From NCBI GenBank assembly GCA_964643955.1, contig CAZXUO010000005.1:95-64094 (forward strand): DNA of 64,000 nt, given 5' to 3'. The DNA comes from an uncultured Candidatus Saccharibacteria bacterium (GTDB lineage: Bacteria; Patescibacteriota; Minisyncoccia; Phycocordibacterales; UBA918). A program made the position numbers and the translations under genes. The notes below the pieces were generated by a model. The model was not told the DNA's origin. It made no database searches and worked only from the letters and a program-made list of their open reading frames with translations. Positions 38,137-47,872 of the stretch are shown piece after piece (the stretch's first letter is position 1; the number at the start of each line of letters is the position of its first letter).

Positions 38137-38174
38137 AAAAAGGCCGCGGGCTATGCCCGCGGCCTTTTTCTTTT
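38137..38174. terminator. Bidirectional intrinsic terminator between convergent genes
   Basis: The hairpin aaaaaggccgcgggc-tat-gcccgcggcc is followed by tttttctttt. Confidence 0.8.
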
Positions 38175-38184
38175 GAAGTACTGG

Positions 38185-38529
38185 TTACTTCACTTTAGCA
38201 ACAATGCGTGAAAATGCTTCGGGACGGTCCTTTGCAACAGTGGCGAGCACTTTGCGATCGAGGGAGATTGACGCACCCTTGAGAGCCTTGATGAAGGCGC
38301 TGTAGCTCATACCATGCGCGCGGATTGCGGCATTGATGCGGGCGATCCAGAGCTGACGGAAGTCATTCTTTTTGTCGCGGCGGTGTGCAAACGCATGGAG
38401 CTGTGCGTGATAGATCGCATCGCGCGCTGAGCGCTTCTTTGTCGAACGGGCAAAACGATAGCCCTTTACCGCGTCGAGAATGTTTCGACGACGCTTCGAT
38501 GACATCAATGCTCCTTTTACTCGTGACAT
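38185..38529 (-). CDS. rplT: 50S ribosomal protein L20
   Basis: Similar to L20. Confidence 0.93.
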   Translation of the reverse strand: MSRVKGALMSSKRRRNILDAVKGYRFARSTKKRSARDAIYHAQLHAFAHRRDKKNDFRQLWIARINAAIRAHGMSYSAFIKALKGASISLDRKVLATVAKDRPEAFSRIVAKVK

Positions 38530-38564
38530 ATAATCTGATTAATTACCGTTAGTATTGGAAAATA

Positions 38565-38756
38565 TTACGCACCAGTCCCGGGGAGGAAGCGGCGGGTAAT
38601 GCGCTTTGAAAGCACGAGACCGACTGCCTTTTTCTTTGCGAGGCGTGACTGTCCTGACTGCTTTGCGTTGAAATGGTTTTGACCAGGCTTGCGAGCAAGA
38701 ATCTTGCCGTTCTTGGTAACCTTCAATCGTTTTGTAAATGATTTGTTTGTCTTCAT
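38565..38756 (-). CDS. rpmI: 50S ribosomal protein L35
   Basis: Similar to L35 over 63 aa. Confidence 0.85.
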   Translation of the reverse strand: MKTNKSFTKRLKVTKNGKILARKPGQNHFNAKQSGQSRLAKKKAVGLVLSKRITRRFLPGTGA

Positions 38757-38765
38757 ACGTTGTTG

Positions 38766-39284
38766 CTATTTGGTAGCTGTCCGCTCAATGGTTGTTGAGA
38801 ATCCCTTGGGACTTCGCTTGATGGGATCGGCGATCTTGTATTCGGCAGGGATGAGCTTCAAGAACCGTTCGAGGCGTTCCTTGAGGAAGCCTTCTTCCAT
38901 GTACTTGTAGCGTCCCCAGAGGAAGAGGTCGACCTTCACTCGGTGGCCTTCGCCGAGCCATTCGGCTGCGCGCTTTGCCTTGAGTGCGAGGTCATTTTCT
39001 CCCGTGCCGATCTTGACCTGTACTCCCTTGGTCTCGGTCACATGGGACTTTGCTTTCACCTGCTTCGCTCGCTTGTTGAGCTCGTACTGGTACTTGCCAT
39101 AGTCCATGATCTTCGCGACCGGCGGCTTGGCGTCGGGCGAAATCTCGATGAGATCAAGGCCGGCGTCCGCAGCAAGGCGAAGGGCTTCCTCCAAGGGTAA
39201 GACGCCTACATTGGCGCCATCCGCGCCAATAATACGCAATTCTTTTGCCTTGATGGACTGGTTTATACGTGTGCGATCTCTCAA
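38766..39284 (-). CDS. infC: Translation initiation factor IF-3 (true start may be a non-ATG codon)
   Basis: Similar to IF-3 and sits in the conserved infC-rpmI-rplT operon. Confidence 0.9.
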   Translation of the reverse strand: MRDRTRINQSIKAKELRIIGADGANVGVLPLEEALRLAADAGLDLIEISPDAKPPVAKIMDYGKYQYELNKRAKQVKAKSHVTETKGVQVKIGTGENDLALKAKRAAEWLGEGHRVKVDLFLWGRYKYMEEGFLKERLERFLKLIPAEYKIADPIKRSPKGFSTTIERTATK

Positions 39285-39394
39285 GTTGCTTATGTGGTGA
39301 AATCAGACGGGAATCCAGAGTCGGATTCCCGTGCGGAATACCCGAAGAATGTACCACGCCGCGGGCTATTTCGCAAGGAGGGACAGCCTCATTT

Positions 39395-39838
39395 TTAGCC
39401 TTTCGGTCGGCTTTCGGAGCACTTGGGGCACCGGCAGCCGTACGGCTTGATATGGTCGTTGAAAAAGTCCTTTCCGTAGTTGTAGGTGAGCTCCTCTCCG
39501 GGCTTGATGGCGCGCTGCGCCTTGATATGGACTTTCTGCTCGTCTTCGTCTATTTCGGCGTAGCAGTTGGGACGGCAGGAGTGGTTGATGTAGCGGGCGA
39601 TGTTTTCGCGGCCGACGCCATCGATGTAGAGGTCTTTTTCGACCGTAAAGAGGTACGAGCCGCCGCGGCGGTCTGCTTCTTCTTCATCGATCCGCTCGCC
39701 GGTGTACTCGACGATGTGTTCATCCTTTTTGCGGGGAATGGTGGTGTAGAGTCCGAGACCGGCACTCGACTTTTTTACGAGCACACCGAGTTTCTCCTCA
39801 CGCGCTTTGCGCGCAGCCAACGAATATGTTTTTTTCAC
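39395..39838 (-). CDS. SET-domain protein (putative protein-lysine methyltransferase), start uncertain (GTG chosen)
   Basis: Carries the SET signature YINHSCRPNCYAE and the ELTYNYG motif, with a Cys-rich post-SET segment CRCPKC. Confidence 0.65.
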   Translation of the reverse strand: MKKTYSLAARKAREEKLGVLVKKSSAGLGLYTTIPRKKDEHIVEYTGERIDEEEADRRGGSYLFTVEKDLYIDGVGRENIARYINHSCRPNCYAEIDEDEQKVHIKAQRAIKPGEELTYNYGKDFFNDHIKPYGCRCPKCSESRPKG

Positions 39839-39917
39839 TGTGTATGTGTAACAAGGAATGGAGGGAAGGGCAAGAGATGGTGCTACAATAAGTGCACATT
39901 TATAAGCACACATATCT

Positions 39918-40625
39918 ATGAAAGGACCACTTACATTAATTTCTGAAGCGTGGGATATCGTCGTTGCACACCGGCAGTTGTTTATCGGCATCTACCTTGT
40001 GCCGGGACTCATCATGCTCTTTTTTGAGATCGTGAATGACCGTATGCGCGATACACCGGACCCACTTTTCATGGGAGGCATGTTTATCGCGATGATTATC
40101 ATGCTCGTCTCGCAGGTACTCATGGCGACTGCGCTCATGTATGCAGCAGCGCACCTTGATACCGACGTAAAAGCTGCATACGCAGAGGCGAAGCGTGTTT
40201 TTTGGCCGATGATCTGGGTGTCGCTTCTCTCGGGCGTCATCATGTTGCTCGGTTTTGTACTCTTCATCATTCCGGGCATCATCTTCTCGGTATGGTTTTT
40301 GTTTGCAAGTTACGTATTGCTTTATGAGGGTACGCGCGGCACTGCAGCGCTCCGAGAGAGTAAGGCGATGGTGAGGGGGAAGTGGTGGGCGGTCTTCGGT
40401 CGCGTCATCGTGCTCGTCTTCTTTAGCTTCGTTGTTGGTATTGCGGTAAGTATCGTCGATTCGATGATTCCGGGCGGCTACGATGTGCCGATCATCTTCT
40501 TCTTCGTGAGCGCCTTCTTGATTCCGGTTGCAACCAACTATCTCTACCTTCTCTACAAAGAAGTGCGTGCACATGCCGATACAGCCGAGACTGAAAAACC
40601 CGCGGAGATTCCGCAGGTTTCGTAG
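39918..40625 (+). CDS. Hypothetical polytopic membrane protein (235 aa)
   Basis: Five to six predicted TM helices. Confidence 0.5.
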   Translation: MKGPLTLISEAWDIVVAHRQLFIGIYLVPGLIMLFFEIVNDRMRDTPDPLFMGGMFIAMIIMLVSQVLMATALMYAAAHLDTDVKAAYAEAKRVFWPMIWVSLLSGVIMLLGFVLFIIPGIIFSVWFLFASYVLLYEGTRGTAALRESKAMVRGKWWAVFGRVIVLVFFSFVVGIAVSIVDSMIPGGYDVPIIFFFVSAFLIPVATNYLYLLYKEVRAHADTAETEKPAEIPQVS

Positions 40626-40628
40626 TGG

Positions 40629-40979
40629 TTATGCGTTTTTGCCGTCGTACTGGTTTGTGGGGAGTGTGTCCGGATCTACGTTGTCGAGACATCGGACGTT
40701 GATCGCAATCATTTCATTTCCTTCGCCATCGGAACCGCGTCCAAAGGACGCGGTTCCGCACGTTTTGCAGAAGAGGTGGTGAATCTTCTTCTTGTTGAAT
40801 TGGTAGTCAGTGAGATTATCCTCGCCGCTTTCAAGTCGAAAGTGTGCAGGTGTGACAAACGTAAGGAGCCATCCGCGCTTTGCGCAGAGCGAACAGTTGC
40901 ACGAGATCACATTCTCGAGCGTGGTGTCGACTTCGTACTTTACTGCGCCACAATGGCACCCTCCGGTGTATGTATTCAT
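40629..40979 (-). CDS. GFA-family (CENP-V / glutathione-dependent formaldehyde-activating-like) zinc-binding protein
   Basis: Carries the CHCGAV...CNCSLC...CKTCG cysteine pattern typical of the Gfa domain. Confidence 0.7.
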   Translation of the reverse strand: MNTYTGGCHCGAVKYEVDTTLENVISCNCSLCAKRGWLLTFVTPAHFRLESGEDNLTDYQFNKKKIHHLFCKTCGTASFGRGSDGEGNEMIAINVRCLDNVDPDTLPTNQYDGKNA

Positions 40980-41045
40980 GGAGCGATTATATCATTCCTT
41001 TTTCTATGAGCTGCCTCTTGCGGTAATACCCTATATAATGAACGC

Positions 41046-41501
41046 ATGACAACGCAACATTTTTCAATTCACATCGACGCACCGAAAGAGAAAGTTTGGA
41101 ACACCATGCTTGATCAGAACACGTATGGGGAATGGACAACTGCATTTAATGAAGGTGGACGCTTTGAAGGGAGTTGGGATCAGGGTTCCAAGATGCTCTT
41201 TATTGGACCGGACCCTGAGACGGGAAAGGAGGGAGGTATGGTCTCGCGTATCAAAGAGAATAGACTGCATGAGTTCATCTCTATCGAGCACCTCGGCATT
41301 ATGAAAAATGGTGTCGAAGATACGACGAGCGAAGAGGCAAAGAAGTTTGCTCCTGCGTTTGAAAATTACACCTTCACCGAGAAGGATGGCGGCACCGAGG
41401 TGGTGGTAGACATAGACGTTGCTGAGGAGTTTGCCGATTTCTTCAATGAGGCATGGCCGAAGGCACTTCTGAAACTCAAAGAAATTTCTGAAAGAGCGTA
41501 G
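41046..41501 (+). CDS. SRPBCC-superfamily protein (AHSA1 / polyketide-cyclase-like)
   Basis: The length (151 aa) and motif pattern (HIDAPKEKVWNTMLD...) are typical of the family. A terminator follows at 41517-41550. Confidence 0.5.
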   Translation: MTTQHFSIHIDAPKEKVWNTMLDQNTYGEWTTAFNEGGRFEGSWDQGSKMLFIGPDPETGKEGGMVSRIKENRLHEFISIEHLGIMKNGVEDTTSEEAKKFAPAFENYTFTEKDGGTEVVVDIDVAEEFADFFNEAWPKALLKLKEISERA

Positions 41502-41516
41502 TTAATGTATCTCAAA

Positions 41517-41550
41517 CAAAAAACAGCCCGCTTTAGCGGGCTGTTTTTTG
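41517..41550 (+). terminator. Intrinsic terminator
   Basis: The hairpin aaaaaacagcccgc-ttta-gcgggctg is followed by ttttttg. Confidence 0.8.
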
Positions 41551-41594
41551 TTTATAGAGTATTCGACTTCTTTTGAAGTCGGTAGATATTGTGG

Positions 41595-42125
41595 TTAATA
41601 GAGTTCAGGTTTAACAAATGGGATGAGAGCGAAAATCATTGCATCTCGATAAAAGTCCTTCCTAGTTATGTTCTCATTTGTGAGAACTCCAATAGTTCCA
41701 CCCTTATGTTTCGAATTAGTTTCGTTGAAGGCAATATCTGTGGCTGTACCTAATTCTTCTCCTCGGTCGATTAGCTCACTGACCTTAGGTGGTAATAAGA
41801 AAGAACCCGTACGTCCAAAGCCTCTTGCGTTTGCTTTTCCAAGTACACACATCCAAGCAAAAGCCCAGTATTCTCCTTCAATTTTTTCTAAACCTCCCTC
41901 AAGACCTACAAAGTAATCTGCGTTTGGATACTCCAATTTACACGCTTCGGCGCGATTGGTAGCACCTTGTTTTGTTTCAGGCTGACCCATTGGTTGGTCG
42001 GACACAAGAGAGGGTGCTGAAAATGTGAGAAATTCAAATTCCTCATTGGGAAATGTTTTTTGGAACGCTTCTTTTGTGGTCTCCAGCTTCACGGGATTAG
42101 CTGAACCAACTATGACTTTTTTCAT
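41595..42125 (-). CDS. Inosine/xanthosine triphosphatase (YjjX family non-canonical NTP pyrophosphatase)
   Basis: Matches YjjX along its full length (VGSANPVK, EGG, GVLT motifs) over 176 aa. The gene is AT-rich. Confidence 0.7.
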   Translation of the reverse strand: MKKVIVGSANPVKLETTKEAFQKTFPNEEFEFLTFSAPSLVSDQPMGQPETKQGATNRAEACKLEYPNADYFVGLEGGLEKIEGEYWAFAWMCVLGKANARGFGRTGSFLLPPKVSELIDRGEELGTATDIAFNETNSKHKGGTIGVLTNENITRKDFYRDAMIFALIPFVKPELY

Positions 42126-42482
42126 ACAGATAATATACCAAAAGCAGAAAAGCTTACTTTCTTTGAGTAAGTATCTCTGTCGCTCTACGTACTTATATGT
42201 TGTTGGAGCCTGCTACTCGATGTTAGAACCTGTTTGATTAATGGCGGAGTATTAAATTTGGACTACTTCGATTTCTCCGAGTGGCTCGTGCGGCCGTTTG
42301 AGAGGGAACCGGCGAGCGAGATTAGAACCCGCTAGGCGGAGAGCCTGCTTAACCGGAGAGCACCGTTGGGGTGTTGACGAGAATAGTGATAGGGCATAGA
42401 ATTATTAACGTCAAGTGTTAATAATTATTAGAAGCCAAGTAGCTCGCGTGGGGAGGGCAGGCTGGCCAAAGGTTACCTGCCT

Positions 42483-42827
42483 ATGGAAGTACTCATCCAT
42501 AAGAAGTTCTATAAAGGTGAGGGGGAGGATTTCGGGAAGTTCTGCAAGCAAACATACGGAAAACCCATGGGGAAAGTCATTGCGCGAAGGTTAGAACACG
42601 CGAGAGCTGCAAACTGCCTGGCGGATCTTACCGTGCAGGGTTTCCCGGGAAGGTGGCACTGGCTCAGTGGTGATCGTGAGGGGCAAATCAGCGCCGATCT
42701 CGACAGGATGAATCGCCTCATTTTTGAACCGACCATGAGCCCAGCGGAGTATCATGTGGGAGGCATCCTTCACGAAGAGAACATCAAGGAAATTGTTTTG
42801 ATAGAGGTTGTCGACACCCACGACTGA
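42483..42827 (+). CDS. higB: HigB-family toxin (COG3549 plasmid-maintenance killer, RelE/ParE fold)
   Basis: The motif HWLSGDREGQISADLDRMNRLIF aligns with HPLKGDREGYWSITVRANWRITF of characterised HigB. The N-terminus IHKKFYKG matches IKSFKHKG. Confidence 0.7.
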   Translation: MEVLIHKKFYKGEGEDFGKFCKQTYGKPMGKVIARRLEHARAANCLADLTVQGFPGRWHWLSGDREGQISADLDRMNRLIFEPTMSPAEYHVGGILHEENIKEIVLIEVVDTHD

Positions 42828-42848
42828 TTTTCGTACGGCTAACAAATT

Positions 42849-43979
42849 ATGGAGAAAAAAGACACAATTCAATACGTTCCAACAGAACCGATAGCGCCGG
42901 GAGATACTCTTTTAGAAGTCCTCGAAGAAAGAGGAATGACTCAGCAAGAGTTCGCGACACGTCTTGGACGTCCTTTAAAGACAGTAAACGGGATCGTGAA
43001 AGGGAAAAATGCAATTACTCCTGAGACCGCACTGCAATTTGAGCAAGTGCTCGGTATTCCTGCCCGCTTTTGGAATAATCTTGAGTCTCAGTATCAGGAG
43101 TTAAAGCTAAGAATTGAATCTGAAAAGCAGAACAAGGCCTTAATTCCAGAGAGTAAAAATTATCCCTATCTTGAAATGTCAAAATGGGGCTGGATTCCTG
43201 TAACTCGAGATTCTAGTAAACGAGTGGATAATCTCCTCCGCTATTTTGGCGTTACTAATTTCGAAAATATTGTAGAAGAAATAAAACTACAAGGAGCATT
43301 TAGAATCTCTGATAAGCATCGTTATTCAATGCCAGCGATTGTGTCGTGGGTAAGAAAGGGGACAATTGATGCCGAGTCGATACAGACTGAGTCATTTGAT
43401 GAAAGAAAATTGAAGGAACTTATTCCAATTCTTCGAAAGATGACCCATGTTGATGATCCCAATACACTTCTTCAGCAGTTGAGGGAGGAATTTGCGAAGT
43501 GCGGCATTGCCTTTGTTGTGACGCAAAGTCTAACTAATGCCCCAATAAGTGGCTTGACTAGATGGATCAGTCCGGATAAGGCTCTTATTCAAATGAGTCT
43601 TAGGTGGGCATGGACTGATATATTCTGGTTCACTTTATTCCACGAAGTCGGACACGTCCTGCTTGATAACAAAAAAGACTTCAATATCGATTTAATTAGC
43701 AGAAAGATTGATGGGGACAGAGAGAGTGAGAAAGATAAGTTTGCTGCGGATACCCTTATTCCTCAACAAGAATACGAAAAGTTAGTTGCAAAAATCCACA
43801 GCAACGGAAATCTTGCTGGTATTTACGATTTGGTAAGAAGTTTTGCCAAATACGTCGATATCCATCCAGGAATAGTCGTTGGTCGTCTTCAGCACGACAA
43901 GTTAATGCCGCCAAACATGAACGGATTAAGAATTCGGTTCATGTGGAAGAAGCCACAAATAAAGCAGGAGGAGCTCTAA
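42849..43979 (+). CDS. HigA-like HTH-XRE antitoxin fused to an ImmA/IrrE-family (COG2856) HEXXH zinc-metallopeptidase domain (376 aa)
   Basis: The N-terminal XRE helix-turn-helix (LEERGMTQQEFATRLGRPLKTVNGIVKG) is followed by a HEVGH motif near residue 265. The gene starts 21 nt after higB. Confidence 0.65.
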   Translation: MEKKDTIQYVPTEPIAPGDTLLEVLEERGMTQQEFATRLGRPLKTVNGIVKGKNAITPETALQFEQVLGIPARFWNNLESQYQELKLRIESEKQNKALIPESKNYPYLEMSKWGWIPVTRDSSKRVDNLLRYFGVTNFENIVEEIKLQGAFRISDKHRYSMPAIVSWVRKGTIDAESIQTESFDERKLKELIPILRKMTHVDDPNTLLQQLREEFAKCGIAFVVTQSLTNAPISGLTRWISPDKALIQMSLRWAWTDIFWFTLFHEVGHVLLDNKKDFNIDLISRKIDGDRESEKDKFAADTLIPQQEYEKLVAKIHSNGNLAGIYDLVRSFAKYVDIHPGIVVGRLQHDKLMPPNMNGLRIRFMWKKPQIKQEEL

Positions 43980-44244
43980 AGATATCCCTGTGGGGGGTAT
44001 TCGTAGATAGAAATTTCAAACTAGTCTCGTCATCTCCTCACCCCGGAGAAATATTAGAACCCGCAGAAAGCCATACACGAAAGGGAATCGATCCTTACAG
44101 GATCAGTACACCTTGTGGAGATTTTCTTTCGCTTCGCTCATAAAATCTGCGCACAAGGTCTTCGATTCCCGCACGCAAAGCACGCAGGTGCTTTGCTCAT
44201 CTCCACAAAATGCAAAAACCGCCCATGGGGCGGCCTGCATTTTG

Positions 44245-44633
44245 TGGAGATGGCGGGAATCGAACCCGCGTCCGAGAAGATGGATGTAAATGAATCTACA
44301 GCGCGTAGCACATCTTAGTGTTTAAGCATGATGCATCAAAGATGTGCGAAAGCACACCATGCCGAGCTTCAAGAATGTTTCGTGCCTACTGAAACGGGGT
44401 AGGTACGATGAGTTCGAATGATATTACACCGCAGCGCCCATATCGAACATCAGAGCGTGCGACGTCACACCGGCCGTGCGTATTACGCTACAGCGGGCGC
44501 GAAGCTCATACCGCTAAAGTATGGGCTTTTCACAGCAGTTTTTGCATGTGAGTTTTCCGGCTTTGATAGAGGAGTTCCGGACTCCTGCGCTGCACAGAGA
44601 CAACCGCATCAACCGTCGAAGCCGATCATCCCC
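44245..44633 (-). ncRNA. ssrA: Transfer-messenger RNA (tmRNA)
   Basis: On the minus strand the 5' end reads GGGGAUGAUCGGCUUCGACGG and the 3' tRNA-like end reads GGACGCGGGUUCGAUUCCCGCCAUCUCCA (CCA not encoded). A candidate tag reading frame ends ...SFAPAVA-UAA. Confidence 0.85.
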
Positions 44634-44856
44634 TGAAAATGCGTGTTACGCATTTTCAGTTGTGCTCACGCAATGTGAGTTTTGAAATGCAGTACAGACA
44701 CTTTCAGTGAACGACCGGACTTGCTAACCAATCGCGAAAGGGTGGGAGAATGCATGCCGACGTGCATACATTCTCCGTGACCTATCGTCGGGAAGCGCAT
44801 ACCTCCCTAAAGAACAAGATGATTTACTTCAAAAAAGAAGAAACCAAATCAAAGAA

Positions 44857-45078
44857 CTAATCTTGAGAATAAATCTCATCGAGTGGTAGAGGATCATCGT
44901 CCTCACCATCCGAATCAAGAGCCCAGATTTCGTCGGGCGCTTCGTCATTGGGATCGAGGTCCCTAATGGCGCGGCGCCTCCTTGGACGAATGGGCATCAC
45001 GATATTCGGGTGGGGGAAATCAGTCGACAATCCTGGTGCAAAACCAAATTCAGGTAACTTTCTATCTCTTGCCATCAA
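44857..45078 (-). CDS. Hypothetical small protein with Arg-rich centre and acidic C-terminus (73 aa)
   Basis: A strong Shine-Dalgarno sequence (AAAGGAGAAG) sits 5 nt before the ATG. The gene lies between smpB and ssrA. Confidence 0.5.
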   Translation of the reverse strand: MMARDRKLPEFGFAPGLSTDFPHPNIVMPIRPRRRRAIRDLDPNDEAPDEIWALDSDGEDDDPLPLDEIYSQD

Positions 45079-45128
45079 TACTTCTCCTTTTTATGGGCTG
45101 GTGTCATATTCCGCCCTTTCGCGATTGG

Positions 45129-45578
45129 TTATTTTTGATTTTTCAAGGTGCGTTCGATGGTGCGCTTTGTCTCGCGGGCCTTTATGGTCTCGCGCTTGTC
45201 CGTCTTCTTCTTACCACGCGCAATCGCGAGAGAAAGTTTCACCAACCTTCCTTTATTATACATCATTAAAGGCACTATTGTCAAACCACGTTGGCTGCTT
45301 TTTTGTTCGATCTGAGCAATTTCTTTTTGTGAAAGGAGGAGACGACGCACACGTTCTGATTCGTATCCTTTGGGAACATTGGCGGGTTGGTGTGGGGGGA
45401 TTGAGGCACCGACGAGATACGCTTCGCCACCGCGCACAATGACGTGCGCGCCTTCGAGTTTACCTTTTCCGGCGCGGATTGACTTCACTTCGCTGCCGAG
45501 GAGCTCGAGACCTGCTTCGTAGGTGTCGAGAATCTCGTAGTCGAACTTCGCGCGGGTGTGGTTGATGAGCGCTTTCAT
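45129..45578 (-). CDS. smpB: SsrA-binding protein SmpB
   Basis: Similar to SmpB over 149 aa and located next to ssrA. Confidence 0.9.
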   Translation of the reverse strand: MKALINHTRAKFDYEILDTYEAGLELLGSEVKSIRAGKGKLEGAHVIVRGGEAYLVGASIPPHQPANVPKGYESERVRRLLLSQKEIAQIEQKSSQRGLTIVPLMMYNKGRLVKLSLAIARGKKKTDKRETIKARETKRTIERTLKNQK

Positions 45579-45661
45579 GCGTAGAGCATACCACGTAAGG
45601 AGAGGGTGGGAAGCCTCGCGAACACTCGCGTAGAAGCCATATTTCTGTATAATGACCCTCT

Positions 45662-47725
45662 ATGAATGACACATCACGCGACGAGCGGAATGACACTCCT
45701 TCTGAAGAGAAAAAGGACAAAAAAGAGGAGCAGATCCGCATACAAAAATTGCCAAAAAAGCGCGCTGGAAAAGGCGGGATAGGTTCACATATGCCAAAAG
45801 TGGGGCCGGGGAATTTCTGGAACAACATCCTCTCGGTGCTCCTCGTGCTTCTCATTATCACGACGCTCTACTCATATGTTGCTGATCGTACCGAGAAGCC
45901 TGAAGAGATTTCAGTCTCACAGATTGCTGATCAGCTAAAAAAAGATGAGATCAAGTCGATCATCGTGAAGGGAAGTACGCTCGAGGTGACGTACCGCGAT
46001 GAAGCGCGTACTCCTGCTGAAGCAAAGAAAGAAAATGATGCAGCGGTGACGGAGACGCTCACGAGCCTTGGTGTATCCGCTGAGCAACTTTCAAAGGTGA
46101 CGATTGATATTCAAAATGAAAGCGGATTCCGTTTTTGGTTCCTTTCACTCGCACCGTTTTTGTTCCCACTTCTTTTGCTCGGTATACTCGCATGGTTTTT
46201 CTTGCGACAGATGCGCGGAGCAGGAATGCAGGCACTCAACTTCGGTTCTTCAAAAGCACGCATCATTGATCCAAACGACACCAACCAGCGCGTGACCTTT
46301 GATGATGTTGCGGGTGCGAAAGAAGCAAAGGAAGAATTGAAAGAGATTGTCGACTTCCTGCGCAATCCAAAAAAGTTTCTTGATATTGGTGCGCAGATTC
46401 CAAAAGGTGCGCTCTTGATGGGTGCACCGGGTACGGGAAAGACATTGCTCGCGCGTGCAGTTGCGGGTGAGGCAGGCGTGCCGTTCTTTACGATCTCGGG
46501 TTCTGAATTTGTTGAGATGTTTGTCGGCGTCGGCGCATCGCGTGTACGTGATCTTTTCCAGATGGCGAAGAAAGCCGCGCCCGCGATTATTTTCGTAGAT
46601 GAGATCGACGCGGTGGGGCGCGTGCGCGGCACGGGCGTTGGCGGCGGCAATGATGAACGCGAACAAACACTCAACCAGATTCTTGTTGAGATGGATGGAT
46701 TTGAACCAAATGAAAAAGTAATCGTGATGGCGGCAACTAACCGTCCTGATGTGCTCGATCCCGCATTGCTCCGTCCCGGACGTTTCGATCGTCGCGTGAC
46801 GATTGATCTTCCTGATCGCGAAGATCGCATCGCGATTCTCACCGTGCACGCGCGTAAGAAGCCGCTCGCTGAAGATGTTGATCTCACCGTGATCGCGCAG
46901 CGCACACCGGGATTCTCCGGAGCTGATCTCTACTCGCTCATGAATGAAGGCGCAATTCTTGCAGCGCGCGAAGAACGAAAAAAAGTTTCACAGTTTGATC
47001 TCATTCGCTCCATCGAAAAAGTAATGCTCGGTCCTGAGCGCAAGAGTCACGTGCTCTCAAAGAAAGAGCGCGAGGTGACGGCGTATCACGAAGCAGGACA
47101 CGCGCTCGTCTCGTCGGTACTTCCGTATGCAGATCCGGTGCAGAAAATTTCGATCATCTCACGTGGACGTGCGGCAGGCTACACACTCAAGCTTCCTGAT
47201 CAGGATCGCAAGATGCAATCGCGCAAAGAATTTCTCGACGACATCGCCGCGACACTCGGCGGATACGTCGCAGAAGAAATGGTTTTTGATGATCTCACGA
47301 CCGGTCCATCAAATGATTTGCAAGTCATCGCTGGACTTGCGCGCGACATGGTGACGAAGTACGGCATGTCAGATGCATTTGGTCCGATTGCACTTGAAGG
47401 TACGGGAGGTCGCTTGATCGGCGGGGGATTGAGTGAAGATCGTGGCTTCTCAAACGAAGTTGCGCGCACGATTGATTCAGAAGTGAAGCGTATCGTTGAC
47501 GACGCTCGCGCTCGCGCAAAAGATATTTTGACGCAGTATCGCAAAGGACTCGATGCGGTCTCAAAGCGCTTGATCGCGGTGGAGACACTCGAGCGTGAAG
47601 AGTATGAAGCAATCTTGAAGGCAGAAGGCGTACCGATTCGCGATCACTATCGCGAGCTCGAGGAGGCGCTCCCCAAGGGAGATCCGACAAAAGTGCTTGG
47701 GCCTGACACCGACACACGCGCATAG
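45662..47725 (+). CDS. ftsH: ATP-dependent zinc metalloprotease FtsH
   Basis: Two N-terminal TM helices are followed by an AAA domain ([23 protein letters not shown]) and the HEAGHAL zinc motif. Confidence 0.95.
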   Translation: MNDTSRDERNDTPSEEKKDKKEEQIRIQKLPKKRAGKGGIGSHMPKVGPGNFWNNILSVLLVLLIITTLYSYVADRTEKPEEISVSQIADQLKKDEIKSIIVKGSTLEVTYRDEARTPAEAKKENDAAVTETLTSLGVSAEQLSKVTIDIQNESGFRFWFLSLAPFLFPLLLLGILAWFFLRQMRGAGMQALNFGSSKARIIDPNDTNQRVTFDDVAGAKEAKEELKEIVDFLRNPKKFLDIGAQIPKGALLMGAPGTGKTLLARAVAGEAGVPFFTISGSEFVEMFVGVGASRVRDLFQMAKKAAPAIIFVDEIDAVGRVRGTGVGGGNDEREQTLNQILVEMDGFEPNEKVIVMAATNRPDVLDPALLRPGRFDRRVTIDLPDREDRIAILTVHARKKPLAEDVDLTVIAQRTPGFSGADLYSLMNEGAILAAREERKKVSQFDLIRSIEKVMLGPERKSHVLSKKEREVTAYHEAGHALVSSVLPYADPVQKISIISRGRAAGYTLKLPDQDRKMQSRKEFLDDIAATLGGYVAEEMVFDDLTTGPSNDLQVIAGLARDMVTKYGMSDAFGPIALEGTGGRLIGGGLSEDRGFSNEVARTIDSEVKRIVDDARARAKDILTQYRKGLDAVSKRLIAVETLEREEYEAILKAEGVPIRDHYRELEEALPKGDPTKVLGPDTDTRA

Positions 47726-47872
47726 TTGTCCACAGAGAGGTTCTTGTAGGAGTGTCTACAGGGATTACAATCAAAATATTGGAGGCCGGACTCACGTCCG
47801 GTCTTTCTCTTTTTTACGAGAGCAGAGGCCGGATCCGGATCGAAGTATTATTCATCCGCATTTATATCCACT

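Noticed and set aside
44140-44260. Apparent duplicate of the tmRNA 3' end that could mark an island attachment site
   Set aside because: On inspection it is an inverted repeat, not a direct repeat. It forms an extended terminator stem with the tmRNA 3' end and leaves no evidence of an integrase-generated direct repeat.
44418-44636. 72-aa plus-strand ORF across the tmRNA gene
   Set aside because: It lies within the minus-strand tmRNA, which is far better supported as a structural RNA.
46111-46905. 264-aa antisense ORF inside ftsH
   Set aside because: Antisense to FtsH, with no ribosome-binding site.
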